From assembly GCA_963664225.1 (NCBI GenBank), contig OY760937.1, forward strand, positions 1,472,001 to 1,536,000: a stretch of DNA of 64,000 nt, in the 5' to 3' direction. Positions 41,301 through 49,952 of the stretch are shown in pieces. How positions within the stretch are numbered: the stretch's first letter is position 1; every line of letters starts with the position of its first letter. The notes under the pieces are model-generated. The model saw only the letters and a list, made by a program, of their open reading frames with translations. It was not told the DNA's origin and did no database searches. Position numbers and translations under genes: made by a program. This stretch comes from Verrucomicrobiia bacterium (GTDB lineage Bacteria; Verrucomicrobiota; Verrucomicrobiia; Limisphaerales; UBA1319).

Positions 41301-42549
41301 CATGATACACGAGGCGTTGGCCATCGGCCGCCAGCGTCAGCGGCGCCACTTTGCCCTCCTTTTTCCAAAGCAGCCGTCCGGTGGCCGCCTCCACAGCCTG
41401 CAAGTCACGCGGTTTTTCATCCCAGTCGAATTCGGTCTCCACCCGTTTTTGATCGCCTGTATTGAACTTGGGCGCAAAGTCTTCGAGGGTCCAATTGCGT
41501 GGATTGACAAGCACGTAAAGAACACCGTCCACGTTCAGGATTTCCTCGGCGCCTTTTGTATTCTCGTAAACTCGGAGAGTGCGGCCAGTGGCCCCGTCCA
41601 GTTTGCTGACGGGCGCATCGATGGACAGGGTGACATAAACATTATTACCCTCGGCCACCAGCCGCCGGGCAAGCTGTGTGGGTCCGGACTTCAACGGCCA
41701 CAGATGCGGCTGCCAGTGGGGAATTTCGTTGGTCCACAAGATGGTCCCATTGAAAGCATCGCGCGCCGTAAGCACCCAATGGGCCGGTAACAAAACTGAG
41801 GTGCGGGAACCCTGATCCATGATATAGAAAAGCCGCCCCCCCGCCGATACCTGGGCGCTGAGGCTTGACATGCGGTCGTGATGCCGGGACCAGCGCGGAC
41901 TGCCAATCCACTGGTAGCCTTCGGGCGAAGCCACCTGCAAATCCCGCGATACGGCATTGCCTTTCGCGTCGTAGAAGTAATGGGTCCAGTCGTCAATATC
42001 CGTGGGACGAGGCTTCACAAGCTTGCGCCATTCCCCACCCTCCTTGTAATAGGCAATGCCGTTGGGAACCAGCACGCGGATTATTTCATCGCGAGAAACG
42101 CCGTCCAGGTTTTCAGCGACAAGCAGATTGACCAGATTATCGATGTAAGGCAATGACCCCGGGCGCCAAAGATCAACCGTGACCTGACCGTTTAACTTTT
42201 CTGAGAGCAGCCATTCGCGAGCCGACTGGACTTTTGCAGCATCGCGCTCCAGACCCTGAACCTGATAGCTCACGTTCCGCCGCAGAGCTGCGGTCAATTG
42301 GCCGTCGCCGGCTCCCAGATGAACGACGAAACCGCCCTTCACGCCCGTTTCCTCAATGATCCGGGCTGACTCCGCCTCCGCGGACGGACTCACCGCAAAT
42401 GCAGTGGAAGCCCCGATGGCGATTGCCGCAATGCCTGCCGCAAGGAAGCGACGCAGCGAGAAGTGATGGTATGACTTTCGCCTGAGAGGCGAATCCAACA
42501 AAACAGTATTCAGTGGTATTTGCATGGGCGCGTTTTCAATTCCAATCAA
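38305..42549 (-). CDS. Secreted multidomain protein: SAM-methyltransferase-like + PQQ-type beta-propellers + LamG
   Basis: Signal; VHLGAGDG/LPYIDNLVNL; many A.D..TG..LW repeats; DWPTYRHD; HHRCY, RAACLYG, PHNCACY; ITVEAWV...GLLDEVAIYYRALS. Confidence 0.85.
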   Translation of the reverse strand: MIGIENAPMQIPLNTVLLDSPLRRKSYHHFSLRRFLAAGIAAIAIGASTAFAVSPSAEAESARIIEETGVKGGFVVHLGAGDGQLTAALRRNVSYQVQGLERDAAKVQSAREWLLSEKLNGQVTVDLWRPGSLPYIDNLVNLLVAENLDGVSRDEIIRVLVPNGIAYYKEGGEWRKLVKPRPTDIDDWTHYFYDAKGNAVSRDLQVASPEGYQWIGSPRWSRHHDRMSSLSAQVSAGGRLFYIMDQGSRTSVLLPAHWVLTARDAFNGTILWTNEIPHWQPHLWPLKSGPTQLARRLVAEGNNVYVTLSIDAPVSKLDGATGRTLRVYENTKGAEEILNVDGVLYVLVNPRNWTLEDFAPKFNTGDQKRVETEFDWDEKPRDLQAVEAATGRLLWKKEGKVAPLTLAADGQRLVYHDGEKLVSLDPKTGDQLWASQPAGRRQLFEYNFGPRVLLSSNLVLYAGGDGSMKSFDARSGKELWTAPHSKSGYRSPEDLILAGGLLWNAPTISGNMSGEFIGRDPETGEIKSRFLPDVDTYWFHHRCYMAKATERFIIPSRTGIEFVDFRAKHWEINHWVRAACLYGSMPANGLIYAGPHNCACYPEAKLDGLNALAPHRASQSANLLPDDQRLERGPAYDSPLGVEPGPLDWPTYRHDSQRSGFSDQSLSEDLSQAWDIPLGGQLSALTVANGKAFVAQVDTGTIYALDLNSGRPLWHFITGGRVDSPPTYWKGRVLFGSRDGSVYALRATDGVLAWRYRPYPDQRLFAFEQLESVWPVPGSVLVENGQVSFVTGRSVFLDGGLRFFKLDAATGSKLVEQLYDKTDPETGGDLQLRIKTLQMPVGLNDILVSDGKWTYLRSQKIGPDGKRVDIGPVSGNAVEQGAAQQGEGAHLFSPIGFLDEALFHRSYWVFGKNFAGGHNGYYQAGKYAPAGRMLVFDNEKVFGYGREPQYLKWTTTMQNQLFSSSRVAPDVKPQLATPNRAANRRNRQGGGATNAQVNLEVDFPGVRFPDDERLNPAGKAITVEAWVLPDNANGVILAHGGPAYGYALSLRDGTPVFHIRNGGDLVSVPALSPLGEGWHYLAAVLDTDRAIRLYVDGHFVNSGTATSLLDSKPAQPLEFGVDSAGSVGDYEENNPYAGLLDEVAIYYRALSTEEIQARSLVADARSASNAVVAYSFNNNDARDESTNGINGVLTGVDVGKGRNGAALWFHKLTPPVVAGSTNPAPGVASAIPLPQDQGDLNRSGALAAAAVEGASQVTNTPDATTPSVGGTNKLARRAGGAGAAKAQAGAGTFVKYDWAAYVPISTRGFSMSGTNLVVAGPPDLVNEEQMFERLTKKDPTVQKELEEQDASLSGKRGALVKIFNSGNGQVARDFTIDSPPVWDGVSVAQGRIFIVTTDGKIKCYGQPPKPPVLP

Positions 42550-42660
42550 GGCCGTTTGGGAACCATTCCCAAACGAACGGGAGGAGTCATGCGCGCCCCT
42601 GGAGAGGTAGCAACCGAATCATTCCCAGACCGCAAGTATGGCTGCACACAGCAGCCTATA

Positions 42661-42696
42661 TACGATGTATATTATCGTCTTTTATATCGGTGTCAA
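42661..42696 (-). promoter_or_regulatory. Putative promoter with an overlapping ModE-like palindrome
   Basis: Minus strand TTGACA-N16-TAATAT. Overlapping imperfect inverted repeat CGATGTATA-N9-TTTATATCG (42663-42689). Confidence 0.45.
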
Positions 42697-42905
42697 TCCC
42701 ATGCGTGATATATTTTTTGCATTCGATAATCTCACCGATCCAATTCAGCATCTCAGTTACACAACCGTTCTTATTATATTGTATTACAATTGTTTATATT
42801 GCTACTGCAAAAGCGTTCACGCGGTCTTCAGGGTGTGGATTCTGTGGAATGATTTCTTTCATGGATTGGCGTACATGCCTTTTATACGATGCTTTAAGGC
42901 GTCTT

Positions 42906-43667
42906 TTATCTGTCTGCTATCCATTGGATCTGGTCTTTCTTAACCCAGCCTGAATCCCCCGTGCTTAGGCAGAGAAAAAGGTAATCGCCTCGCGCAAACT
43001 GACAACGGCCCACCTCCCCGGCGGGAATGCGCGTGAGAACCTGTGCGTGGCTCGTGGGAGTCTGGCAGAGCGGCGTTCCGGGCTTTAATACGACACCCAG
43101 ACTTGTGCGCGTGTGAATCCCCACCATACCGGGAATCGCCAACAGAAATATTCCGAATCCGATCGCTGCAAAGGACTGCGTCCAGGATGATCCGCGCAAT
43201 CCAAAGAGAACTGGCAAGACAAAAGCCAGTGTGACCGCAAGCCAGAAACTAACGGCTCCCACACAGGCCCATGCATCCACCGGCAGCCACGTGGAGAAGG
43301 TTTCCCACCAACGCAAGGATGGTTCGGCCAGTTGGCCCGAACGCCGGGCATACCGCAGGCTGGCGCTGGCAGCCTTATCCAATGGACTAATCCACAATGC
43401 ACGCTCCCAAGCCAGGATGGCTGTGCCGGAATGACGGCATTCCCATTCTGCGTTTCCAAAATTGTGCCACGCCTCAGCGGAAGGCGATTGCTTGATTTCC
43501 ACGGCAAACAACTTCGCAGCCTGGGCAAACTCCCGCGCTTCGTAAGCAGCACATCCCCGTTCAAAGATGTTTGTTTCGCCTTTTACGCCAAAAGTGGTAA
43601 TCGTCCAAATCAGGCCGGTCATTATAACGGCCATGCCGCGCGTAAACCTGAAAATGAGGGTCAGCAT
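42906..43667 (-). CDS. BatE-like TPR/membrane/SH3 protein
   Basis: AWHNFGNA...AILAWERAL TPR, two TM segments, C-terminal SGWV SH3b-like segment. Confidence 0.75.
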   Translation of the reverse strand: MLTLIFRFTRGMAVIMTGLIWTITTFGVKGETNIFERGCAAYEAREFAQAAKLFAVEIKQSPSAEAWHNFGNAEWECRHSGTAILAWERALWISPLDKAASASLRYARRSGQLAEPSLRWWETFSTWLPVDAWACVGAVSFWLAVTLAFVLPVLFGLRGSSWTQSFAAIGFGIFLLAIPGMVGIHTRTSLGVVLKPGTPLCQTPTSHAQVLTRIPAGEVGRCQFARGDYLFLCLSTGDSGWVKKDQIQWIADR

Positions 43668-45496
43668 AGACGCCTCCTCATTTGGGCAAGCAAGGTCTCC
43701 AATTCAGGTTGGAGCGACCACAGCATTTCCGTTCTTTTTGATTTACCTTCAAATGCGATTTCATCCGCGACCAAAAACAACTGGCGCACCAGAGTGCCCG
43801 CCTGCCCCTCACAGTCTGCATGCGGCAAAGCACGTATGATGTCGCTGCACACCAACGCCCCGGGACTGGCATGCAAATGGGGCGCGCCAGCCTCACGCAA
43901 TGAGGCGATTGCGGACCGAGCATACACCACCACATCATGGTCCCTGATCGCTCGACGGCGAATCCGTTCCAGGCGCCGAAGCTCACGGCGCGCCCGGGCA
44001 AATCGGACGATCTCCGGATGTGCTCTCAGAAAATGTTTGCGGCGATTCCACCCACAAAAAGCCGCCAGCACCAAGCCCGGGAATAATTGGAACAACCAAA
44101 AGGCCGGACGTTGCTGGAATGCCAACAATCCGGCACTGAAATGCACCGGGCGACGCGCAAGCGGACCCAACCCATCCAAATCGTGACCGGCAGGATTATC
44201 AACATTTGCACCCATCGCGTTCGCAGGCTGAAGCTGACCTGAGGCGCTGCCCCCCGGTGATGCCAGAACCAGTATCTGAGTTGAAGGAATCGTCAAGTCC
44301 ACATAGATCTGCCGTTCCGGATCGAAGCAGCTGAATGGTATCCTGGGCGTTCCCGTCATTCCCGGCTTCAGTGGAATCATGGTGTAATGAAACACGTTAC
44401 TGCCACGCTGCCAGATGCTGGCAGGCGGATTCACATCGGCGACGGCTGGAAACACCCTCCAACCTGGCGCATGTTCGACGCGCGGAGGTATCAGGCGCCC
44501 ATGGTTTCCCTCCCCACAAACCGTGATAGCCAGATCAAGGGGATCACCGGCATGAACTTCACGAGCCGAGGGTCTCGGCGAAGCCACCTCAAATTTGCCT
44601 ATCAATCCCGTAAACCCGGGCAGAGCACCATCGGGGAGATGCTTGACGACAATCTCCACCGGACTGGATTCCAGAAAGGGGCGATATCCAGCCAGCCGTA
44701 TGCTTTGCGGATCGGCGGTCGGACGACATTCCACAAAAGCCTGGCCATTGAGCGCCAGACGCCCTTCACGAACGGGAATGGCGATGACTTCGGCAATCGA
44801 TGCCGAAACAGATCGTCCGCCAACCGTGCGCATTTCACGTCGCAGCGAGCCCGTCACCCGATCAAACAGAAAGGCATCGCCAAGCAGCGTCGGATCCACC
44901 AGGCCAAAAACACCACTGTCTCCCGGATCGAGCACCACAATTCGCACGGGAATGGCCTGGGCAACATAAAAATCCCCATCAGGAATTTCGAGATGCAAGG
45001 AGGCGGCATGTCTGGCTTCAGGTGAACCGGCGGGGACCACCGTAAGGACCCGTGATGGCGCCACGAGCCGTCTTCCGCCAGCCTTCAACTCGAACGGACC
45101 AATTGGAAACGATCCCGGTGTCTGGGCAATCACACGATAGTTGAATGTGGCACGGTATTGAGACACCTGCCCTTTCGTCACAACGGATCTTCCAACGCCA
45201 CTTTTCGCAAGCTCAAGCCCCGGCGGCACGGGAATGCGTTCAGGCAAATCAACGGCATCCGGCTCCGTGGTGATCACCACCCTGTAGGTGGCTGGTTCTC
45301 CCGCAGCCACCACCAACGGATCAAAACCCGCAGCCACCACCACGTCCGATTCCACCGCCGCCTGCCGCAGCAACTGTGACATGGCGGAATTAAGCGGTGT
45401 GGACTCCGTATGGACAGGCGGATCCGGCGCTGGAAAAACCATGCACTCCAACACGAGAAGTCCGCCTGTAACAAGTGAAAGATATCGCGCAGTCAT
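43661..45496 (-). CDS. batD: BatD family protein
   Basis: Ig-like BatD repeats (GSFPIGPF, FTGLIGKF, GEGN, IPFSCFDP) and a C-terminal TM, in bat operon position. Confidence 0.75.
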   Translation of the reverse strand: MTARYLSLVTGGLLVLECMVFPAPDPPVHTESTPLNSAMSQLLRQAAVESDVVVAAGFDPLVVAAGEPATYRVVITTEPDAVDLPERIPVPPGLELAKSGVGRSVVTKGQVSQYRATFNYRVIAQTPGSFPIGPFELKAGGRRLVAPSRVLTVVPAGSPEARHAASLHLEIPDGDFYVAQAIPVRIVVLDPGDSGVFGLVDPTLLGDAFLFDRVTGSLRREMRTVGGRSVSASIAEVIAIPVREGRLALNGQAFVECRPTADPQSIRLAGYRPFLESSPVEIVVKHLPDGALPGFTGLIGKFEVASPRPSAREVHAGDPLDLAITVCGEGNHGRLIPPRVEHAPGWRVFPAVADVNPPASIWQRGSNVFHYTMIPLKPGMTGTPRIPFSCFDPERQIYVDLTIPSTQILVLASPGGSASGQLQPANAMGANVDNPAGHDLDGLGPLARRPVHFSAGLLAFQQRPAFWLFQLFPGLVLAAFCGWNRRKHFLRAHPEIVRFARARRELRRLERIRRRAIRDHDVVVYARSAIASLREAGAPHLHASPGALVCSDIIRALPHADCEGQAGTLVRQLFLVADEIAFEGKSKRTEMLWSLQPELETLLAQMRRRLC

Positions 45497-45501
45497 TTTA
45501 A

Positions 45502-47457
45502 TTACCAGGTGCGGCCTGCGCGATTCTGACGATCGTTCGGCAAATTACCCGCGGAGTATTGGCGGCTCAAATCCAGTCGGAGTGAGGACAGAAGTCGCAT
45601 GGCCTCTTCCGGGGTCAGAACCAGTTCTTTGCCGTTATCGCCCTTGTTCTCCTGATCGTCAGGTTTGGACGACTGGCTGGGGTCACGCGAGTCATCATCG
45701 TCGGCGCCGTGTTCGCCCTTGCTCTCCTCGGGCGGCAGCCGTCGTTTGAGTGCATCCAGAAATTTCTGCAAGTCCGCTTTCCTGGCGGCGACCGCATTCC
45801 TAATCTCCTGGATCTTCCATTGTTCATTGGTCAGTTCCACGACATGCCGGTCCACAGCGGCCGCATTCAATCTGGCATTTTCGTAACCGACCCGAAGTTC
45901 CATCGCACTCCTGAAGTCATTTGCAGCGCGTTGCCATCGCAACAGCACGGCACCACAAGCATCCGAGCTGCCTTTGATGGCATCCAAAACCTGCTTGAGA
46001 CTCTTTGATGTCGCACGCCCCGTCCGGTAGGCCGCCACAACCGCCTTTATGTCGCCGCCCGCCAAAGCGGTTTCCGCCGACTTGATGGCTGAATCGGCGG
46101 ATTGAATCCCCTGCTCGCTCCGCGCCTCCAATGCGTCTGAAGCCAATGAGCCTTTCAACGTTTCCATCCCGGCGCGAAACCGGACTTGGGCCAGATTGTA
46201 AAGTGCCAGTGGTTGGATCTCCGCATCGTTGCTGTTGACGGCAGCGTCCAATGCCGCTTCGGCCTCACGCCACCGGCTTTCACGCAAGTTCTGCGTGCCA
46301 AGGTTGAACAAGTGACGCGCCGATCGCGGCAGCTCCGGTTGATTCCCTGCGCCGTGCGCCGCCAATGCCCATCCGAATGTGAGCGCCATCACAGACGGGA
46401 GGACTTTGACTGCCTGGCGGCGTAATCCGGCGCCAGTCCATTCTGGCCGTCGGGTTCCCAGCAGAGATTGTACAATCAACAGGATCAATCCCAAGGCCAC
46501 CGGAACATGGAAATGATCCACCCCTTCCCGGCGGGTGGCCGCGAACCGTGCAAATCCATCCCTATCCTCAAGCGTTTGGCGGACGCGGTCCAATCCGTCG
46601 CCCAACATGCCCAAGGGTTGATAACTTCCGTGTCCAGCCTCGGCAATCGCGCGCAGTGTCGGCTCATCAAGTCGGCTGCGTACGGGCTGCCCCTGTTCGC
46701 TGCGCAACAATTCGCGCTTCCCGGATGGATCGGCGATGAGCAGTTCGCCGCCAGTCGGCGTCCCAACGCCAACCGTGAAAATCACCACATTCGTCATTGC
46801 CAGGGCTCTGGCCTGGGCCACACTGGTTTTCTCCAAATCTTCTCCATCGGATACCAGGACGAGAATTTTTCGCCGCCCGTTCTTATCCACCGCGGAATAG
46901 CCTTCTTTCAGGGCACGACCAATATCCGTTCCCAAAGCGGGAATGGCGCGCTCATCCACCGCCTGCAAGGCTTCTCGAAACGCATCGTAATCGAACGTCA
47001 ACGGGCACTGTAAAAAGGCCTGCCCTGCGAACGCCACCAGACCAACCCTTCCCTGTCCGGATTTCTGCACGAACTCCTGAATCGCCATCTTCGCCCGTGC
47101 CAGACGGCTCGGAGTCACGTCCGTGGCGAGCATGCTTTGCGAACAATCCAGGAGAAATACGACATCCTCTCCAGCCGATTCGCTACTCTCCGTTTGCTCG
47201 CCCCACTGTGGACGTGCAAGTCCGAAACAAAGGCAAGCCACCGTCATGACCTGGAGTATATTCTTTAGGAAACTCCTCCCACGACTGTGCGATGTCTGCA
47301 TTGCCTCCAGAATTGACGGAGAGGCCAGTCGCGCGATCTGGCGCCGACGGACCCGACCGGCATGAACCTGGAGCATCACCAGCAACAGGGGTGCAGCCAG
47401 TGCAATCCAGAGCCACGCTGGCGATGCAAAATGCGGGTGGGCAAAGTGATCGGTCAT
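45502..47457 (-). CDS. BatB-BatC fusion (VWA + TPR)
   Basis: LARPQWG, MIDAS DCSQSM, SDGED, then TPR ALYNLAQ and tail LTPEEAMRLL...RTW. Confidence 0.85.
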   Translation of the reverse strand: MTDHFAHPHFASPAWLWIALAAPLLLVMLQVHAGRVRRRQIARLASPSILEAMQTSHSRGRSFLKNILQVMTVACLCFGLARPQWGEQTESSESAGEDVVFLLDCSQSMLATDVTPSRLARAKMAIQEFVQKSGQGRVGLVAFAGQAFLQCPLTFDYDAFREALQAVDERAIPALGTDIGRALKEGYSAVDKNGRRKILVLVSDGEDLEKTSVAQARALAMTNVVIFTVGVGTPTGGELLIADPSGKRELLRSEQGQPVRSRLDEPTLRAIAEAGHGSYQPLGMLGDGLDRVRQTLEDRDGFARFAATRREGVDHFHVPVALGLILLIVQSLLGTRRPEWTGAGLRRQAVKVLPSVMALTFGWALAAHGAGNQPELPRSARHLFNLGTQNLRESRWREAEAALDAAVNSNDAEIQPLALYNLAQVRFRAGMETLKGSLASDALEARSEQGIQSADSAIKSAETALAGGDIKAVVAAYRTGRATSKSLKQVLDAIKGSSDACGAVLLRWQRAANDFRSAMELRVGYENARLNAAAVDRHVVELTNEQWKIQEIRNAVAARKADLQKFLDALKRRLPPEESKGEHGADDDDSRDPSQSSKPDDQENKGDNGKELVLTPEEAMRLLSSLRLDLSRQYSAGNLPNDRQNRAGRTW

Positions 47458-47458
47458 G

Positions 47459-48499
47459 TCAGGGAATGCGTCGAAACCATGTCGATGCCAGGAATAGTTC
47501 AAGTAGCAGCGTGGCCAGGGCAGCCAGCAACGTCCATTGATACATTGCGGTGTGGCGCGTATGGCGGCGCAGCTTTACATCCGTTTTTTCCAACCGATCG
47601 ATCTCGTTATAGATGCCGGTCAATTCGTCGCGGTTGGTGGCCCGGTAATTGCGTCCGCGTGCAATGCGCGCCATTTTGTCGAGAACAAGGTAATTGGCGG
47701 GCCGCAACGTGATGGTTGGAATGATCTCACCTTTTGCGTCCAGACGTAGTTTACCGGTGTCAGGCTCAAATGCCGGCAAGACGCCGGCCGTTTCCTGGCC
47801 CAGACCGATCGTATAAATCTTCACACCCAGCGCCGCCGCCAATTCGGCGGCGGGAACCGGATTGATTTCACCGATATTATTGTCGCCATCCGTCAACAGG
47901 ATGACGATCCGGCTCTTGCTGTTCCTGAGTCCCGCCATGCGTTTGACCGCCGCCGCGGTGGCGTCTCCAATGCCTGTGCCCAAATCTTGAACGGATCCGA
48001 TATGGATCCGGTCGAGGTTCTGCAACAACCAGTCATGATCCAGGGTAAAAGGACTGACCGAGTAAGGCAGCGCCGAGAAAATGATCAGACCAATGCGGTC
48101 ACCTTGACGCCGCCCGACAAAGTCCCTCAATACCGATCGGGCCACATCGAACCGGGTAACGCGCCTCGAGGGTTGTTCCATGTCCAGTGCCATCATCGAC
48201 CAGGAGACATCGAGCAACAGCATGATGTCCACGCCACTGGCCTGGGTTTCAGTCTGCTCGCGGGCTGTTCGGGGTCCGGCGAGAGTCACGATGACCAGTG
48301 CGGCGGTTAACAGCGTTGGAAAGAGTCTTAGGCGACCGGATGCGGATCGGACAGGGTGGCTCACCTTCCTGACCAAATCGACACTCGGAAAGCGCAGGGC
48401 TGACTCTTTGCCCAGGCGCCCCAGCAGCACGGCATATACCGGCAACAATGCCAGCAGTCCCAGAACCCACGGATAATGAAACTCGAAGGAAACGCTCAT
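47459..48499 (-). CDS. batA: BatA VWA domain protein
   Basis: GVDIMLLLDVSWSM, DRIGLIIF, GTGIGDA, ILLTDGDNN, IDRLEKT. Confidence 0.88.
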   Translation of the reverse strand: MSVSFEFHYPWVLGLLALLPVYAVLLGRLGKESALRFPSVDLVRKVSHPVRSASGRLRLFPTLLTAALVIVTLAGPRTAREQTETQASGVDIMLLLDVSWSMMALDMEQPSRRVTRFDVARSVLRDFVGRRQGDRIGLIIFSALPYSVSPFTLDHDWLLQNLDRIHIGSVQDLGTGIGDATAAAVKRMAGLRNSKSRIVILLTDGDNNIGEINPVPAAELAAALGVKIYTIGLGQETAGVLPAFEPDTGKLRLDAKGEIIPTITLRPANYLVLDKMARIARGRNYRATNRDELTGIYNEIDRLEKTDVKLRRHTRHTAMYQWTLLAALATLLLELFLASTWFRRIP

Positions 48500-49050
48500 G
48501 GGTGATTCCCTGGAATACCCGCGCATTTAGCACGTGCCGCTTCAATGTTACGAACGACACCCAATGCGCAGCCTGCCAACCGGCTGGTCAAAAGACGGCC
48601 CGTGTAAAATTGTCGCTGTTCGCACCGCCTTAACAGAGCGGTGATTTCGTTTATGAGCTCGGGATGCAAAAACGAATCCAGATTCAACTGGAGGACCATT
48701 TCTTCGGCGGTCAAATCCCTGTGCGGCCACTTTGGCATGACTCCAGCGAAGTAACGTCGCAACACCTGCAGAACCGAGCACGCCAGCGCCCCATTTTCCG
48801 GTTCGGACTCCAGCTTCCGCAAGGCTTCGAGCGCAACGGCTACAGGCGGCTGCAACACTGTGGGGCGCACACGACGGCGCCACCAGACCGTTGCCATGGA
48901 AACCACCAAGGCCAGCAGGCCCATCAGCAGAATGGCGCTCCCGTGCTGCTCCCGGAACGTGGGCGGCAGCAATTCCTCCATCGGTCGCAAATCGGGAATC
49001 ACCTCAGCAACAAGCGGAGCACGGAAAAACTGTAAGACGCCGGCAAACAT
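48496..49050 (-). CDS. Single-TM bat-cluster protein (DUF4381-like)
   Basis: DLRP..LLPP, one TM, ALEALRKL, LRRYF, LTAEE; lies between DUF58 and batA. Confidence 0.65.
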   Translation of the reverse strand: MFAGVLQFFRAPLVAEVIPDLRPMEELLPPTFREQHGSAILLMGLLALVVSMATVWWRRRVRPTVLQPPVAVALEALRKLESEPENGALACSVLQVLRRYFAGVMPKWPHRDLTAEEMVLQLNLDSFLHPELINEITALLRRCEQRQFYTGRLLTSRLAGCALGVVRNIEAARAKCAGIPGNHP

Positions 49051-49052
49051 GA

Positions 49053-49952
49053 TCAGGCGCGCCGCCGCGGGCGATTTTGGAAAAAGCGTTGCAATACAGC
49101 TCCAAAAGGCTTGTCCGTTTCGAGTCGCAGTGTGTCCACCCTCTCGCGTTGAAGGGCCAGATCGAGAGCGGTAATTCGCTGCAAATTAATTCTGGCGTAG
49201 TGCTCCCTGTTGGCTTCTCGTGACAAATCGACCTCCAGTATCTCGCCGGTTTCCGCATCCTCAAAGCGGGTTATTCCAGCCTCCGGCAGCACCATTTCGC
49301 AAGGATCATGCAGGTGGATGCAAACCAGGTCATGGCGTGCATTGACCTGCCCCAGAGCCTGGACCAATGCATGATCCATCGGGCACAGGAAGTCACCGAC
49401 CAGAATGGCCATCGAGCGGTGCTTGAGATGGTGCATCAACCCCTGCAGGGCCACTGTGGGATTCGTGCCGCGGCGCGTTGGTTGAAAGAAAAGAACCTCC
49501 CGCAAAAGGCGCAGCAGGTGCCGCCGTCCTTTGCCAGGCCTGAGAAACAATTCCACCTTGTCTGAAAAAAGCAGCAATCCAACCTTGTCGCCGCAACGTG
49601 CGGCGGCGAACGCCAGCGTCCCAACCACCTCGGCTGCCAGACGGCGCTTGTTGGAAACAGTGGAGCCATACTCGTTGGAGGCCGACACGTCCACAACCAG
49701 AACCATGCCAATCTCGCGCTCCTCGCGATAACGCTTCACAAATGGACGCCCAAGCCGGTTGGTGACATTCCAGTCGATATGACGCACGTCGTCACCGGGA
49801 GCGTAGTCGCGCAAATCATCGAAATCCATGCCACGCCCTTTGAACGAACTTAAGTAGGCGCCAGCCATGGAGTCATTCGCCAACCGATTGACGACTACCT
49901 CCACCTTCTGCACGGTCTGAATAATCTCGTTTAGCCTCTGCGCGTCCTTCAT
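49053..49952 (-). CDS. DUF58 protein
   Basis: FKGRGMDFDDLRDYAPGDDVRHIDWNVT, DVSAS. Confidence 0.92.
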   Translation of the reverse strand: MKDAQRLNEIIQTVQKVEVVVNRLANDSMAGAYLSSFKGRGMDFDDLRDYAPGDDVRHIDWNVTNRLGRPFVKRYREEREIGMVLVVDVSASNEYGSTVSNKRRLAAEVVGTLAFAAARCGDKVGLLLFSDKVELFLRPGKGRRHLLRLLREVLFFQPTRRGTNPTVALQGLMHHLKHRSMAILVGDFLCPMDHALVQALGQVNARHDLVCIHLHDPCEMVLPEAGITRFEDAETGEILEVDLSREANREHYARINLQRITALDLALQRERVDTLRLETDKPFGAVLQRFFQNRPRRRA

